Below, piece by piece: positions 37,777-39,555 of a stretch of 39,555 nt of DNA (position 1 is its first letter; every line of letters starts with the position of its first letter). The notes beneath the pieces are model-generated. The model did no database searches, was not told where the DNA came from, and saw nothing but the letters and a program-made list of their open reading frames with translations. This stretch comes from Deltaproteobacteria bacterium (GTDB lineage: Bacteria > Desulfobacterota > WTBG01 > CAIYCZ01 > CAIRTM01). The stretch covers positions 1 through 39,555 of the forward strand of contig JAFGCP010000309.1 of NCBI GenBank assembly GCA_016932595.1, read 5' to 3'. The position numbers were made by a program, and so were the translations under genes.

Positions 37777-37933
37777 CAAAGCCCGAGAATTTTTTCAATG
37801 CCTGTGCTGCTCAGAAGCCTCACGCTGATGAATGCAGGAGTGATGGATGTATCGGTATGCCCGTATCGATAAAACGGCCGCCGCAGAGCATGGCGGCTGT
37901 ACTATATAATAATCAGATAAAGGAGGAACAACT

Positions 37934-39496
37934 TTGGACCCGATATACATAGCGCTGGCTGGTATCTCCGGTGTCGTAGCCGGAATTGTAGCAGGATTTT
38001 TTCTTAGAAAAAAAATTATTGAAAATAAAATATCTTCCGCTGAAGAGACGGTCGGCAAGCTTATAAATGAAGCGAAAAAAGAAGCTGATACGATAGTGAA
38101 GGAGGCCCGGCTTCAGGCCAAGGAAGAGCTGTACCGCACAAAGGCCGAGTTTGAAAAGGAGTCGCGCAACAAGAAGTTTGAAATGCAAAAGCAGGAAAAG
38201 CGGCTCGCGCAGAGGGAGGAAAACCTCGAAAAAAAGGTCGGCCTGGTCGATCAGAAGGAAATTACCATTGCAAAGCGCGAAAAGACCCTTGCGGCGCAGG
38301 AAAAGGCCGTGAAGGAGATGGAGGACCAGTACACGCAGTCCCTTGAGGAGCAGAAGCGAAAGCTTGAGCGCATATCGGGCATGACCTCAGAGGAGGCAAA
38401 AAAACTTCTGATGCAGAACCTTGAAAATGAGGCCAAGCATGATTCTGCGCGAACCATACGCAGGATCGAGGAGGAAACCAAGGAGAATGCCGATAAGATT
38501 GCCCGCAATATCATTGCCATAGCCATACAGCGCTACAGCGCCGATTATGTCGCAGAGAAGACCGTATCCGTGGTGGCCCTTCCCAATGATGAGATGAAGG
38601 GGCGCATTATCGGCCGCGAAGGCCGCAACATCCGAGCCATTGAGCAGATTACCGGCGTTGACCTGATCATCGACGATACGCCTGAAACAATACTGATATC
38701 CTCCTTTGACCCGATTCGGCGGGAGGTTGCGCGCATCGCTCTGGAGAAGCTGATTACCGATGGCCGCATTCACCCCTCGCGGATCGAGGAGATTGTCGAG
38801 AAGGTCAGGGGTGAGGTTGACAACACCATTCGGGAAGCCGGAGAGCAGGTGACCTTTGATGTGGGCATTCAGAAAATAAATCCCGAGCTTCTGCGCCTGC
38901 TGGGGCGTTTGAAATTCCGCACCAGCTATGATCAGAATGTGCTCCAGCACTCTCTGGAGGTCTCCTACCTGTGCGGCATGATGGCATCCGAGCTGGGCAT
39001 CAATGTCAAGTCCGCCAAGCGCGCAGGACTTCTGCATGATATCGGCAAAGCCGTTGATCATGAAGTGGAAGGGTCCCATGCCCTGATCGGCGCCGACCTG
39101 GCAAAGAAGCATGGCGAGGCGGAAGAGATTATTCACGCCATTGCGGCCCATCATGACGATGTCAAGGCACAGACCGTGCTTGCGGTGCTTGTGCAGGCTG
39201 CGGATGCCCTGTCCGCAGCCAGGCCGGGGGCGCGGCGCGAAATGCTGATGACCTATGTCAAGCATCTGCGTGACCTTGAGGATATTGCCAATGCCTTTAA
39301 GGGTGTCAGCAAGTCCTATGCCGTCCAGGCGGGCCGCGAAATACGCGTCATGGTGGAAAGCGGCGACATAAACGATGATGGCGCGGTGGTGCTTTCAAAG
39401 GACCTTGCCAAGAAGATAGAGGAGTCCCTCACCTATCCCGGGCAGATAAAGGTGACCGTCATACGTGAAACACGCGCAATAGATTACGCAAAGTAG
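37934..39496 (+). CDS. rny: Ribonuclease Y
   Basis: N-terminal TM, coiled coil, KH ([14 protein letters not shown]), HD (LLHDIGK), [15 protein letters not shown]; TTG start after AAAGGAGG. Confidence 0.98.
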   Translation: MDPIYIALAGISGVVAGIVAGFFLRKKIIENKISSAEETVGKLINEAKKEADTIVKEARLQAKEELYRTKAEFEKESRNKKFEMQKQEKRLAQREENLEKKVGLVDQKEITIAKREKTLAAQEKAVKEMEDQYTQSLEEQKRKLERISGMTSEEAKKLLMQNLENEAKHDSARTIRRIEEETKENADKIARNIIAIAIQRYSADYVAEKTVSVVALPNDEMKGRIIGREGRNIRAIEQITGVDLIIDDTPETILISSFDPIRREVARIALEKLITDGRIHPSRIEEIVEKVRGEVDNTIREAGEQVTFDVGIQKINPELLRLLGRLKFRTSYDQNVLQHSLEVSYLCGMMASELGINVKSAKRAGLLHDIGKAVDHEVEGSHALIGADLAKKHGEAEEIIHAIAAHHDDVKAQTVLAVLVQAADALSAARPGARREMLMTYVKHLRDLEDIANAFKGVSKSYAVQAGREIRVMVESGDINDDGAVVLSKDLAKKIEESLTYPGQIKVTVIRETRAIDYAK

Positions 39497-39555
39497 TGGT
39501 TTTACCCGTATAGGAGCGTTTGCATAGGGTATACTCAGGTGGACGCAGCCCAGCC

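Noticed and set aside
38387-39265. Long antisense ORFs (for example 292 aa opposite rny, 289 aa opposite panE, 258 aa opposite yidC, 247 aa opposite dnaK)
   Set aside because: Shadow frames of well-conserved genes with no motifs of their own.

Overview
A mostly housekeeping region from an anaerobic deltaproteobacterium-like genome (Desulfobacterota is an inference from gene content). Left part, minus strand: tRNA-Glu, pth-rplY-prs-ispE, DUF1844, a CDP-alcohol phosphatidyltransferase, dnaK, dnaB-rplI-rpsR-rpsF-rplU. Next come an NtrC-type sigma54 activator facing an alternative sigma70 gene that has a sigma54 promoter, a MITE-like repeat, and a four-gene redox operon (PorD-like, TPP-motif-less PorB-like, NuoE-like, NuoF-like). 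Then panE and the rpmH-rnpA-yidD-yidC-jag-(DUF4388)-mnmE cluster. Right part: ntrY, an NtrX-like regulator fused in frame to LpxC, a histidine phosphatase, two U32-family Fe-S proteins, a DnaJ paralogue, tatA/tatC, an HDAC-family deacetylase, zapB-zapA, a possible divergent 6S RNA and rny. The most unusual items are the REC/degenerate-AAA/HTH-LpxC fusion behind its kinase, the degenerate Por + NuoEF operon, and the U32 pair. All calls come from motif recognition by eye; no database searches were run.
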